From contig OY970296.1 in NCBI GenBank assembly GCA_963716175.1, positions 992,001 to 1,056,000 of the forward strand: a stretch of 64,000 nucleotides of DNA, in the 5' to 3' direction. The translations under genes were made by a program, and so were the position numbers. Of this stretch, positions 7,803-17,838 are shown in pieces. The stretch is from an uncultured Armatimonadetes bacterium. GTDB taxonomy: Bacteria > Armatimonadota > Hebobacteria > Hebobacterales > Hebobacteraceae. The notes under the pieces were generated by a model. It saw nothing but the letters and a program-made list of their open reading frames with translations, was not told where the DNA came from and searched no databases. Within the stretch, counting starts at the first letter, position 1. Each line of letters opens with the position of its first letter.

Positions 7803-9803
7803 CTAAAGCGGAACCCCGAACACCATCGAGAGACCGCAGCGGAATATCGAGATGCTGGCAGAGCCCACGATCAGGCCCAGGAAGAACCCAAGCGCCTTGC
7901 GATGAGCGCGCAGGCCCCCGTAGCGCAGGAGCAGGGACTTGACCATCCAGGTTAGGGCCAGTGCCGGCAGCATGTCGTCTACCACCATGTCATACCCGAG
8001 CGGAAAGGCGACCGGATGCAGCGGCCACAGGGGGAACCAGAGCTTAACCGACATGAGCACGACCACCACAACGAACCCGACCCCGATCGCTGCCACACCT
8101 CCCCAGTCAGGCGGAGCCGGCTGGGTGAGCCAGTCCTCCATGGTCCGGATGACGCGGCGAGCATGGAAGATCATAGACTCATGCACCTTCCCACTGCCCA
8201 GCCCCAGATGTGATCCGATTTGCAGGCTGGCCCAGAAGTACGTGAGCACCCCCAATGGCACGATGGCCGCCATCAAGAGGGCCATCCGCCCAGGTTTCAC
8301 CTTGAGCACCTGCGCCATGCGAAGCGCCTCGAGCTGAACCGGGGCCGGATTGGCCGTCTGTTCCCGCAGATAGGGCTGAAGCAGAGCCAGCATGACAAGG
8401 GTACGGGGGGCGAGGGCCTGCGTTCCCGGATACTGAGCGAGAGCGAAGTCGGGCATGGTTCCCCACATCTCATTGCTCGGCGGCCCAAGCTGGGCCCGCA
8501 ATCGGCTGATCATCATCACCATGAGGAAGTATCCGGGGAGGAAGAGCGCGATGATGACCTGCGCCATACCTGCGCGGGCCAAGAACCAAGAGAGGAAGGC
8601 CAGGCCCATCACTGCCCCCAGCAGGGCAGTTCGGTAGCTGAAGGCTTCTTCGCTGTCGTCGGCGTACGACCGCAGGCCCAGTGCCTTGCGGACGACTTGC
8701 AGCAGGTATCGGCGTTCGAGCCATAGGAAGATGCCGCCCAGTGCGAGATACGCCCCCATGACCTGCTGCTCCCCGTAGGGGAATCCGCCCCAGGAGCTGA
8801 CAGACCATCCCAACTGACGGGACGAGATGAGCTCGGCGCGCCAGAACAGGTTGAAGGCAACCAGCGAGAAAGCCAGTTCCAGCGGCATGAGGTAGGCCAG
8901 CCCCAGCTCCCAGGGCCCCCAGTCGAAATGAGGGATGCGGATCGCGTTCCACGGTCTGTTGTTCGTAACCCAGGCCCCGTAGTCGATCCCGGTCGGGATC
9001 AGCGGAACCGCGGGCGCAATGCGAGCAATCGCTTGGTTTGCTCCAATCAGCGCCGAGGCAGCAACCCCGATCCAGAACAGCGGGCTCCGAAGAAGCCCTT
9101 CCTTCTCCTGGCTCATCTGCAGGGGCAGCGTGGTCATGGGGAAGGGCAGCTGCTCCTCCTGAGACCACCTCCGTCGCACGATGACGTTCAGGCAGAGGCT
9201 GACCCACAGCAGCGCGGTGGCCCACGCGGTCCACCACAGTGCTGGCCCCAGCCAGGCGGCCAGCACATACCGCCGATAGGGACTGGCGTCGCCCAGGAAG
9301 AACCCCGCCAGGGCGTCCCGGTCCATGACGAGCAGCCAGCTCGGAAGGTTGGGCAGCAGCAGGTCTTCCCAGCGATTGCCCGGGCTCGCGTTCCAGACAG
9401 GCCAGGCGATCACGCTGGCGACGTTACCACCCCAGTCGTAGACGCTCGCGCAGAGTCCAGTGCTGATCCCCAGGGCCGCGTAGACTGCGATCAGCTCTCC
9501 CGGAGAGAGCACCCAACGGGGCCATCTGCGCTGCAGCAGCCGGTTGATCCCCGCCAGCGCGAACAGGCCAGCGACCGCCGGCGCCACCATGGACACTGCC
9601 GCGACGCCGTAACCGGTCCAGTTCCCTCTCACCACCATGAAGACGTTGACCGGTACGGCGAGGAGACAGATCAGCACTCCGCGTAGCCTGATGCTGAAGA
9701 AGCGGCCCGGATCCCCGGTCTGTGGCGTTCCCTCTCTGCCCATCAGGTCCTGACCCATCGTGCCCTGAGCACGGCAAGGCGCACTATAGAGGCAGCAGGG
9801 CAC
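7803..9803 (-). CDS. DUF6785/DUF6784-type polytopic membrane protein (OPT-like putative transporter)
   Basis: Many TMs; RRRWSQEEQLPFPM…WWPLHPV-like…LLRYGG…FFLGLIVG motifs; true start probably near 9743-9758. Confidence 0.7.
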   Translation of the reverse strand: MPCCLYSAPCRAQGTMGQDLMGREGTPQTGDPGRFFSIRLRGVLICLLAVPVNVFMVVRGNWTGYGVAAVSMVAPAVAGLFALAGINRLLQRRWPRWVLSPGELIAVYAALGISTGLCASVYDWGGNVASVIAWPVWNASPGNRWEDLLLPNLPSWLLVMDRDALAGFFLGDASPYRRYVLAAWLGPALWWTAWATALLWVSLCLNVIVRRRWSQEEQLPFPMTTLPLQMSQEKEGLLRSPLFWIGVAASALIGANQAIARIAPAVPLIPTGIDYGAWVTNNRPWNAIRIPHFDWGPWELGLAYLMPLELAFSLVAFNLFWRAELISSRQLGWSVSSWGGFPYGEQQVMGAYLALGGIFLWLERRYLLQVVRKALGLRSYADDSEEAFSYRTALLGAVMGLAFLSWFLARAGMAQVIIALFLPGYFLMVMMISRLRAQLGPPSNEMWGTMPDFALAQYPGTQALAPRTLVMLALLQPYLREQTANPAPVQLEALRMAQVLKVKPGRMALLMAAIVPLGVLTYFWASLQIGSHLGLGSGKVHESMIFHARRVIRTMEDWLTQPAPPDWGGVAAIGVGFVVVVVLMSVKLWFPLWPLHPVAFPLGYDMVVDDMLPALALTWMVKSLLLRYGGLRAHRKALGFFLGLIVGSASISIFRCGLSMVFGVPL

Positions 9804-9960
9804 ACGCAGCGCGCCAGCCCTGGTCCGGACCTGTCCGGCCTGTATGCCGTAGGTGTCATTCAGGCCATACGCTGGGAAGGACGGGCTTGCGGCCGCCCGT
9901 CCTTCCTTCGCTTACACGGACCAGTCGCCTGCAATTGTCACGTCCGCCTCGGGTGTGCTG

Positions 9961-10998
9961 CTACCAGTCGGGGCAGGCCACCACGTTCGCGTAGCAGTCG
10001 GCGCCCTCAATCGTCCCCGGGTGGTAGGGGCGCCCTTCGCAGGGGCAGTCCTGGTGAGGCACCTCGGCCAGGAAGGCGTTGGCGTTCCACCAGGCGGCGT
10101 GACCATCCGCGAACCCGTAGTTGCCGCCGCCCAGGTGGCGGGTGTACCTGCTGCGGTAGGTGGAGTCAGTCCAGAACTGCTTGAGGTGCGCCGAGTCAAT
10201 GCCGCACTGCTGGCTGAAGGAGCAGTTGACCCAGTCTGCGCAGCCTCCACTCCACTCGCAGCAGACATCCCAGGCGACGCGACACGGGTTCCCCATCTGG
10301 GGCACCTGGCTGTCACCGCAAACCAGGAACTTGACCGGGTCGTTGATCTGGGCGGTCTTCAGGCCGGAGTTGTTGGTTTCGGTCACGCCAATGCTGCCGC
10401 CGAACTGTCCCTCAACTGACTCATAGGCGATGCCCAAGTATGAAACTTCAGTGAACTGAACCGCCGAGTCGGTGACGCTGCCACCCCAGCCGACCGGGAA
10501 GTTGGTCTCGCAGGGATGCTGAAGATATTGCCCGTCCCATCCCGTGAAGGGGTGGTCGGCCATCCAGTGGGCCCAACCGTCCGGGCCGCCTGGATCATAG
10601 GCGATGTCAAAACCCTCCATGTACCTAGCACTCGGGCAGTTCCACACCTCGCGGTTCTTGACGTACTCGTCCAGGATCACAGGCCACCGCAGATAGGGAT
10701 TGGCCTGGGTGGCCCTCTCGATGCAGGGTGCATCGGGGTGGCCACCAATCCAGCTGGTCCTGAGCAGATCTTCCACCCGGTTGTAGGCGTCCTGGCTGAG
10801 ATAGGGTGGAAACCTGTCGTAGTCGGTGAGGTACATCTGGATCGCCATGGCGATGTTCTTCACGTTCGACAGGCACTGGATCTTGCGGGCAGACTCCCGG
10901 GCTCTGGCAAAGACCGGGAACAGCATGGCCGCCAGGATCGCAATAATCGCGATCACTACCAACAGCTCAATCAGGGTGAACCCCTTGCGTCGCATCAC
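9961..10998 (-). CDS. Prepilin-type N-terminal cleavage/methylation protein, DUF1559 / H-X9-DG type
   Basis: [34 protein letters not shown]…CLSN; C-term RHLGGGNYGFADGHA. Confidence 0.9.
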   Translation of the reverse strand: MMRRKGFTLIELLVVIAIIAILAAMLFPVFARARESARKIQCLSNVKNIAMAIQMYLTDYDRFPPYLSQDAYNRVEDLLRTSWIGGHPDAPCIERATQANPYLRWPVILDEYVKNREVWNCPSARYMEGFDIAYDPGGPDGWAHWMADHPFTGWDGQYLQHPCETNFPVGWGGSVTDSAVQFTEVSYLGIAYESVEGQFGGSIGVTETNNSGLKTAQINDPVKFLVCGDSQVPQMGNPCRVAWDVCCEWSGGCADWVNCSFSQQCGIDSAHLKQFWTDSTYRSRYTRHLGGGNYGFADGHAAWWNANAFLAEVPHQDCPCEGRPYHPGTIEGADCYANVVACPDW

Positions 10999-11636
10999 GT
11001 TACACCTGCCTTCTCATCGAGAGTGTGCAGCGCTCACCACCGATGCAGGGAACGCCGGCGTCAGTGTCCTCACCTCCTTTCTCAGCCCTACCGGCGCGGG
11101 ATGCTCTGGACCATGTAGAAAGGGCGCGCAGACAATGCGCGCCCGGCTGCAATCTGGACCACGTGGGCCGATGAGAGCAGAACCCAGCCCGATCTGGCCG
11201 GATAAAGGTGCATCGCCTCCCTCCACTGGCCGGCAAACAGCATATGGCGGACAACCCAGGGTGTCAAGGAGGAGGAGTAGCAAACGCTGGTTTGAATCAC
11301 AGAGCGGAGGACGATGCGTTCTCCAATCCCCGCGACAGCACGACGCGGATGCCAGCGCGGGTTTCCTTGCCATCGTGTACTGGCTCGGTCTTGAACGCGC
11401 TTCCTACTCCGCGCACACGGACCAAGACGCCCGAAGTCACCCAAAAAAGCAAGCAATTCCCTTGCTTTCTGCACATCGAACGGACTCGTACAAGTCCGAT
11501 GAGGACGCAGAAGGAGAGGCCGCAAGCAACATCTTCAGGCCGGGAAGAGCTTCCAGATGGCCTCGCTCGTCCGGTGACCACTGAGACCGGGAGCGCCACA
11601 TAGTCGCCACACGCGCCCCGACACTCGTAGGCGGTC

Positions 11637-12569
11637 TCAGTACCGGCCAAGCTCGCGCGCAGTCTCCCACAGCGCCGACATGTTCTCACCAGGTATCCCG
11701 GGAATGGACTGGTCCGGGCTGCAGATGTACCCGCCGCCGGGCTTCAGGATCTCCATGACGCGCGCGACTTCGGCGCGGACATTCTCGGGCGTGCCGAGGG
11801 CGAGCACGCCGGTGTCGATCGCGCCGTGGAGGGCCATGCGGCCGACGGTCTCGGCCTTGATCTTCCGCAGATCGTTGGCGCGCGCCTGAACCGGGTTAAG
11901 CACAGTGACGCCGAGTTGTGCAAGATCGCCGGCGATGGCGTCCACGCAGCCGCAACTGTGGAAGCAGATCATCTTGCCCGCGCGCAGCACGGGCTCAAAG
12001 CAGTAGGCATACTCGGGCAGGAGAAACTCCCGGAACATGGCAGGGGACATCATCAAGGCGCGCTGGCTGCCGAGGTCCTCGCTGAAGCCGATGCCATCCA
12101 CGCCCAGCTCCAGGTAGCGGGCGAAGACCTGGCGGTCAAACTCGGCGATGCTGTGGAGGAACGCGTGCACCCCGGCAGGGTGCGTGACCAGGGAGGCAAG
12201 GAAGTTTTCCATCCCCATCACCGCCCACGCGCGCTCGAACAGCAGGTAGGTCAGTTCGCCGATGACCAGCCTCTCGCCGCGGTCCACGCGGGAGAGCTCG
12301 GCCTTCATGTCATCCGTGAGCGCGAGGTCGGCGGGATTCGGGAACCGGTAGTCGGCCAGGCGGTCGAGCGACGGCAGAGGATTGCCCTTGGGGAATGGCA
12401 CCGTCTCCGGCAGGCCCACCTCCCACCCCACACCCCAGAGATCGGTCCAGTCACCAATGCGCAGGTTGCCCTCGAGCTGAAACGAGTACGAGACCGACTC
12501 GTCCCCAAGGGGGACGTGGTCCGGGTGACCGAAGTGGATCGCCTCCAAGTAGTTCTCTTTCAGGTTCAT
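11637..12569 (-). CDS. Uroporphyrinogen decarboxylase (URO-D/MtaA) family protein
   Basis: TDLWGVGW, MGMENFL, EDLGSQRALMMSP, FHSCG, LNPVQ, GGGYICSP motifs. Confidence 0.85.
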   Translation of the reverse strand: MNLKENYLEAIHFGHPDHVPLGDESVSYSFQLEGNLRIGDWTDLWGVGWEVGLPETVPFPKGNPLPSLDRLADYRFPNPADLALTDDMKAELSRVDRGERLVIGELTYLLFERAWAVMGMENFLASLVTHPAGVHAFLHSIAEFDRQVFARYLELGVDGIGFSEDLGSQRALMMSPAMFREFLLPEYAYCFEPVLRAGKMICFHSCGCVDAIAGDLAQLGVTVLNPVQARANDLRKIKAETVGRMALHGAIDTGVLALGTPENVRAEVARVMEILKPGGGYICSPDQSIPGIPGENMSALWETARELGRY

Positions 12570-12811
12570 CCAGCTCCCTGTCTGCTGCCAGAAAAGCGGT
12601 CCTCGCAGCCCGAGAGCACCGGGCCTCCGGCGGAACGGCCCATCGCACGCCTCCCCGCGAGCGGCAGCAGACTCTCGCAGACTCGTCCGCGGTTGTCAAC
12701 GCACCCTATCTTCAGTTACCATGCGCGGCTGACGTCAGGCCCCGCGGTCATGTCGGCCGAACCAGGGGGCCGAGGCGACACAGAACGCTCAACTGCCTTC
12801 ATACCGGTCGC

Positions 12812-13858
12812 TCAGAAACGCACCGCGAATTTGATGACCTTGCTCGGCTCACGGTCGATCCAGGAGAAGACCCGTGGGCCTTCATCGAGAGAGACGATCG
12901 GCCAGACCAGGTCCGGCAGGGCGAGCCGCCGGGAGCGGAGCAGGCCTACGATCACATCGTAGGCACGTCTCTCATCCCAGCGCGGGAAGTCCCGCGGCGG
13001 ATGCCCGGAGCCGCACCCATGCGGCACCACCATGCTGAGCCGGTTGTGGTGCCACTCATTCCCAAGCCAGATTCTACTGGCCTCGCCCTGGTAGAACCCG
13101 GCCGAGCAGATTGTGCCGCAGAGGCGCGTCGCACGGATCGCGGTGTGCAGACCAGCATAGCTGCCGGACACCTCGATGGCGACATCAACACCCTTGCCGC
13201 CGGTCAGCTTATGGACCTCCAGCGCGGCATCACAGGCGGTCGGATCCAAGACCGCGGTGGCGCCGTGAGCGGCGCACCACTCCCGGCGAGCGGGCAGCGG
13301 ATCAATGGCGAAGACCCCTTCGGCGCCGGCGCCCAGCGCCATGCGCACGGCGACCAGACCGATCGCGCCCAGGCCAACGACGGCCACAGAGTCGCCGTAG
13401 CGGACGTTGGACTCGCGCACCGAATGGAACGCGACATAGGCGGGGTCTATGCAGAGCGCCTCGTCGGGTGGAATGTCGCCCAGTTCATAGAGGCCATTCG
13501 CATCGCAGACGTTCGTTTCACGCACATCCATCCAGCCAAAGACGCGATCGCCCAGCTTCCAGCGAGTCACCCCCTCGCCGAGCTCCACTACCACCCCGAC
13601 GCCGGCGTTCCCGGTGTCCCGGGGCTCGCTGCCTGGAGCAACCCAGGGAGGCGCCGCTTCATCCGGTGTGAAGAGCCGCATCTCCGAATGGAACCGGTAC
13701 CCTTTTGTGGCCGTCCCGCGGAAGGCGGCCATGGTGGTGCCGTGCTTCCCCGAAGCCAGCTCGGTCTTCACCCGCACCTTCCCTGGCTGGAGTGGGGGTT
13801 CGTCGTAATCGCGTATCTCGGCCGTGTGCGGGCCGGTCATCGCAAGTCGTTTCGGCAT
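12812..13858 (-). CDS. Zinc-binding (MDR) alcohol dehydrogenase family protein
   Basis: Start re-called to MPKRLAM; VAVVGLGAIG Rossmann motif, GVDVAIEVSG. Confidence 0.85.
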   Translation of the reverse strand: MPKRLAMTGPHTAEIRDYDEPPLQPGKVRVKTELASGKHGTTMAAFRGTATKGYRFHSEMRLFTPDEAAPPWVAPGSEPRDTGNAGVGVVVELGEGVTRWKLGDRVFGWMDVRETNVCDANGLYELGDIPPDEALCIDPAYVAFHSVRESNVRYGDSVAVVGLGAIGLVAVRMALGAGAEGVFAIDPLPARREWCAAHGATAVLDPTACDAALEVHKLTGGKGVDVAIEVSGSYAGLHTAIRATRLCGTICSAGFYQGEASRIWLGNEWHHNRLSMVVPHGCGSGHPPRDFPRWDERRAYDVIVGLLRSRRLALPDLVWPIVSLDEGPRVFSWIDREPSKVIKFAVRF

Positions 13859-13920
13859 GATCTTCCTCCTGCGTGGCAGATGGAGAAGAGCAATTCGCTG
13901 GAGGCACCCACGCGCCCTGT

Positions 13921-14024
13921 CTAATGGCGTTCGCACAAAGAAGCTATGTGCGAACGCCGCTCTGGGCCCGTCCGAGCAGTTGCCTGAGCTTCGCCCCCTT
14001 ACTTCCCTGGGCGAAGCGCAGTAG
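13921..14024 (+). mobile_element. 104-bp double-hairpin MITE-like element, family B, copy 1
   Basis: CTAA…GTAG ends; hairpins GCGTTCGCACA/TGTGCGAACGC and CTTCGCCC/GGGCGAAG; three further 104-bp copies in window. Confidence 0.75.
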
Positions 14025-14198
14025 GGTGAAGCAGGTTCGAAGCGGGAGAGAACGGCCGGACCATCGTTCATCGCGGGGGAGACTTCATCGAAGCCGCCCG
14101 ACTGTGCTTTGGGATCGGGTAAGCCACAGTCGAACGAGGGCACCGCTGCGCCGCCATCTGCCTCCACCTCGGCATCAGGCCAGCCGGCCGCTGAGGTG

Positions 14199-14789
14199 CT
14201 ACCAGGAGCTGCTGTTGCCGGCCCCCCGGAGCAGGCCCTCGGCCATCTCCCTCAACGTGACCCCGGATTCCGCAGCCCTTTGTCTGAGCGACTGGAAGGC
14301 GTTTGCCATGTTGGCCTCGCCCCGAGCTACCAGCATCGCTTTCGCTCGCTCGACGGTCATGCGCGTTTCCAGCGCCTCGGCGAGGTCACGCGCTTCCGCC
14401 TGGATGGCCTCGAACTCAGCGAACCGCGCCTGTGCCTGGGGGATGGCCTCCAGCACCGCGGCGGCCTGGATCGGCTTCGACAGAAAGCCCATGGCACCGG
14501 CCGCTTCCGCCTTCGCCATGGTCTGCTCATCAGAGTAGGCGGTGACCACAATGACACAAGTCGGGCAATCCTGCATGATCAGGCGGGTGCCCTCGATGCC
14601 ATCGGTCTCGGGCATGCGGACGTCCATCAGCACCACGTCCGGGCGCGCCTGGTGGCACTGCTCCAGGGTCGCCCTGCCGCTTGCCGTCAGCCCCACCACC
14701 TCGATCCCGCGCTGCTCCAGTTGCCCGCGCATGACGTAGGCCAGGATCAGCTCATCTTCGGCGATCAGGACGCGCAACATGGTTCCCAT
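14199..14789 (-). CDS. ANTAR-domain response regulator
   Basis: REC (IAEDE, LMDVRMP, TAY, KP) plus coiled coil and VERAKAML…AFQSLRQRA ANTAR. Confidence 0.9.
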   Translation of the reverse strand: MGTMLRVLIAEDELILAYVMRGQLEQRGIEVVGLTASGRATLEQCHQARPDVVLMDVRMPETDGIEGTRLIMQDCPTCVIVVTAYSDEQTMAKAEAAGAMGFLSKPIQAAAVLEAIPQAQARFAEFEAIQAEARDLAEALETRMTVERAKAMLVARGEANMANAFQSLRQRAAESGVTLREMAEGLLRGAGNSSSW

Positions 14790-14822
14790 GCTCCTGACGT
14801 GTGTGAGATCATGGCTATGTGG

Positions 14823-16967
14823 CTATCGCCCCTCGCGCACTCTCCTATCATCCAGAACGATCTGTGCCAGAGTGCCGCCCTGGTGAGGAACCAGGGTGAG
14901 CGAACCTCCGTACTGTTCTTCCACAATGGTGCGCACTAGGCCCAACCCCGTCTTGCCCCACCTCCCGAGGTCGAAGTCCTCTGGAATGGGGTTGCCAGAA
15001 TCCCAGATAGAGAGAGTCAGCATCCCAGCAGCGTGGGACAACTGCACCTCGACCTGCCGCGCCCCGTCCTGCGAGCCGCCGTGCTTGATGGCATTGGTCA
15101 GCAGCTCGTTCGCCACCACGCAGATGTTAGTTCCCACATCAGAGGGGTAATGCACTGGCTCGCCCTCCACCGAGATCACGACATCGCCAGCGGAGAGGGC
15201 CTGGCGATTGACGTCGCCGATGCGCCGCAGCGCGTTCACCAGCTCTATGGTGTCGGTCCGGCTCTGGTACATCTGCTCGTGGAGGGCGGCGAACGATAGT
15301 ATGCGCGTCACTGCATCGCGGATGAGATCGGGGCCGGAGATCCGTCCCGCCTCTCGGTCCATCTGCATCTGGAGCAGTCCGGCCACGATCGCCAGGTTGT
15401 TCTTGGTGCGATGGCCGATCTCGGAGACCAGGGTCTCGGCGAGCCGAGCCCTCGCCCGCTCCGCCTCCAGCAGCTTCTCCCGCGTCTGCACCTGGTCGGT
15501 GATGTCCATCATCGAGGTGACCAGGCCGTCCGCCTCCCCACGCTCGTTCTTAATCGGCACAGCTTCGATCCGGACGCACCTCGGACCGACCTCTGGGCGG
15601 TACAAGGGAACCCCGGTGTACTCGGGGATGGCATCCGGCGCTCCGGTATCGAGGACGCGCTGGTACATCGCCGCGACCTCCGGGGCATTGGGGAACACTT
15701 CCAGGCGGTGGCGGCCCACAAAGTCCTCAGGGGCCATCCGTGCGTTCGCCGCGTAGGCGGCATTGACGCGGACGTAACGAAGGTTGCGGTCGAGGTAGGC
15801 AAGCCGGCTGTCTGTCGCCGTGAGGATGGTGTCGAGCAGTCGCGCCTCGGCGGCGCGGGCGCGCTCGCTCTCCCGCAGCGCCTGCTCCCTTGCCCCGATC
15901 TCATCGGCCATCTGGTTGAAGGCGCCGGCCAGATCCACCAGGTCGGACGGCCCCCTCAGCTCGGCTCTCTCCTCGACATCACCGCGCCCGAAGGCGAGCG
16001 CTCGTTCTCGCAGGTGTGTCAGTGGCACCGTGATCGAGCGCGCTGCCGCCGTCGCCAGCAGCACTCCCAGAGTGGCCACCAGGAGGAATGCCACGGCGCT
16101 TCTGGCCGTTCCCGCCTTGATGGGCGCGATGGCCTCCTCCTCGGGCCTGCCGGCGCTTGCCGCCCAGCCTACCGAGCGGATCGGGACCGCGGCCACAACG
16201 CGCGGCCCCTTCTGGTAGCCGACGTACTCGACGAGCTTGGTCTCCCGCCCTTCCAGCGCGCCGCGCACCACCCGGTACAGCTTGCCCCAGTCGCGCTCCT
16301 CGTAGCTCAGCGCTACCACCGGCAGGCGAAACGTCAGCCATCCGCTGCTGTCAACGATGCTCACCGCCCCGGCCCCGGACCGCTTGATCGTGATCACTTG
16401 GTCCAGCCGGTTCGGGTCAACCACCGCCACCACGATCCCCCGCAGCGCGCCCGTCTCATCCCGCGCCCTACGCGCCACCGAGAACCTGGCCTCCTTGGCG
16501 TCCGGAGGGCGAGTGACATTCGTCACCACCGACTGGCGGCCGCGCATGATCTCCCCCAGCCACGAGCGGTCAGGCCACTGCCTTCCGAGCAACTGACTCT
16601 CGCTCGACGCAGCCACCCGGCCATCCGGCTCCAGCCAGCTCACCGACACGACCTCGGGATAGGCCTTCTTCACCTGCGCGAGGTACCAGTTCGCCTGCTG
16701 TTTCGAGAACGGGGCCAGCAACAGCAGCCCCTGCCCAACGGCCTTCTCCTCGTGCGCGAGGTCGTCGAGGAAGGCGTCGAAAGACGCGGCCACCGCCCGC
16801 GCGATCTCCAGGTTGGCCTGGAGTTCCGCGTCCCGCTTCGCCCGGTAGTCGTGCAGATACACCCAAGCCTGGAGCAGCACGATGGGCACAAGGACCACGA
16901 ACAGCCGGGCCAGGAGGATGGCTCTCACACTGCGGTGCCGCCCGGGTTTCTGCTCGCCTGTCGCCAT
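14823..16967 (-). CDS. Sensor histidine kinase (Cache-HAMP-PAS-HisKA_2/HATPase)
   Basis: Two TMs, HAMP (PLTHL…AFNQM), PAS, EIGHRTKNNL H-box, NELLTNAIKHG, GLGL; start re-called to MATGEQK. Confidence 0.88.
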   Translation of the reverse strand: MATGEQKPGRHRSVRAILLARLFVVLVPIVLLQAWVYLHDYRAKRDAELQANLEIARAVAASFDAFLDDLAHEEKAVGQGLLLLAPFSKQQANWYLAQVKKAYPEVVSVSWLEPDGRVAASSESQLLGRQWPDRSWLGEIMRGRQSVVTNVTRPPDAKEARFSVARRARDETGALRGIVVAVVDPNRLDQVITIKRSGAGAVSIVDSSGWLTFRLPVVALSYEERDWGKLYRVVRGALEGRETKLVEYVGYQKGPRVVAAVPIRSVGWAASAGRPEEEAIAPIKAGTARSAVAFLLVATLGVLLATAAARSITVPLTHLRERALAFGRGDVEERAELRGPSDLVDLAGAFNQMADEIGAREQALRESERARAAEARLLDTILTATDSRLAYLDRNLRYVRVNAAYAANARMAPEDFVGRHRLEVFPNAPEVAAMYQRVLDTGAPDAIPEYTGVPLYRPEVGPRCVRIEAVPIKNERGEADGLVTSMMDITDQVQTREKLLEAERARARLAETLVSEIGHRTKNNLAIVAGLLQMQMDREAGRISGPDLIRDAVTRILSFAALHEQMYQSRTDTIELVNALRRIGDVNRQALSAGDVVISVEGEPVHYPSDVGTNICVVANELLTNAIKHGGSQDGARQVEVQLSHAAGMLTLSIWDSGNPIPEDFDLGRWGKTGLGLVRTIVEEQYGGSLTLVPHQGGTLAQIVLDDRRVREGR

Positions 16968-17208
16968 ATCACTTGCCTCCGGGACGAAAGCTCTGGGCCC
17001 ACGTAGGGGCGAGAGAGCTGCCGAGAGCAGCTTCGTCGCCCGGGCGGATTGCCCTGCGTCAGACCGGCACGGGCACCGCGGCCCATCGCTAGCCCTCTCC
17101 ACCCTCTGTGTCACGGTTCTCCAGAGCTGAGGCGGCAGGAGCCGGGTTGATCTGCGAGAATGTGTGGCCTGGTGCGCCGACGCGCGCGGGAAGGAGGGGA
17201 CAGCTCCT

Positions 17209-17754
17209 ATGTTCGACGACAAGCGGAGCAAGCGGGTTGTCCTGGTCGTCCACTGCATCCTCAACCACAACGCACGCATTGATGGATGCGCCTACTACCC
17301 GGGGCCGATGACGGAGATCGTGGAGGTGCTGGCGGATGCAGGCGTGGGGATCGTGCAGATGCCCTGCCCTGAACTCCGTTGCCTCGGGCTGGACCGCTCG
17401 GGGCGCATCCGGGAGGGCGAGGACATCGGGATTCGGGAGGCCCTGCTGGGGGAGGCGCGAGCGGCCTGCCGGGTGCTGGTGCAGGGCGTGATGCGCGATG
17501 TCATGGAGTATCGCAAGCACGGGTTCGCCATCCTCGGCGTCGTTGGCAACGATGGCTCCCCGGCCTGCGGAGTGGACTTCACCCACTACCTTGACAGCGG
17601 GTTCCAGCCTGGCGCAGGCGCCTTCGTGACCATGCTCCGCGAGGAGCTGGAGCGCCAGGGAATCGCGCTTCCCTTCGTGGCGACACAGGACCACCAATGG
17701 ACGGAGAGGCTGGCGCGGATCAGGGCACTGGTGAGCGGCGAGGCGAAGCCGTAG
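17209..17754 (+). CDS. DUF523/TudS-related (CD3072-like) putative Fe-S desulfidase
   Basis: HCILNHNA…QMPCPE…GSPACGV motifs; GGAGGG RBS before MFDDKRS. Confidence 0.7.
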   Translation: MFDDKRSKRVVLVVHCILNHNARIDGCAYYPGPMTEIVEVLADAGVGIVQMPCPELRCLGLDRSGRIREGEDIGIREALLGEARAACRVLVQGVMRDVMEYRKHGFAILGVVGNDGSPACGVDFTHYLDSGFQPGAGAFVTMLREELERQGIALPFVATQDHQWTERLARIRALVSGEAKP

Positions 17755-17838
17755 TGGCGTTCCCGCCACGCGTCGAGCTTCCCATGCACTCCCGCCGGCC
17801 AACAAGCTCCAGTGCCGCCTCAGCGTTCGGGGCGCGGC

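Noticed and set aside
12395-17006. Long antisense ORFs (e.g. 12395-13924 +, 15411-17006 +, and similar ones elsewhere)
   Set aside because: Shadow ORFs of real genes in high-GC DNA; Arg/Pro/Gly-rich with no motifs
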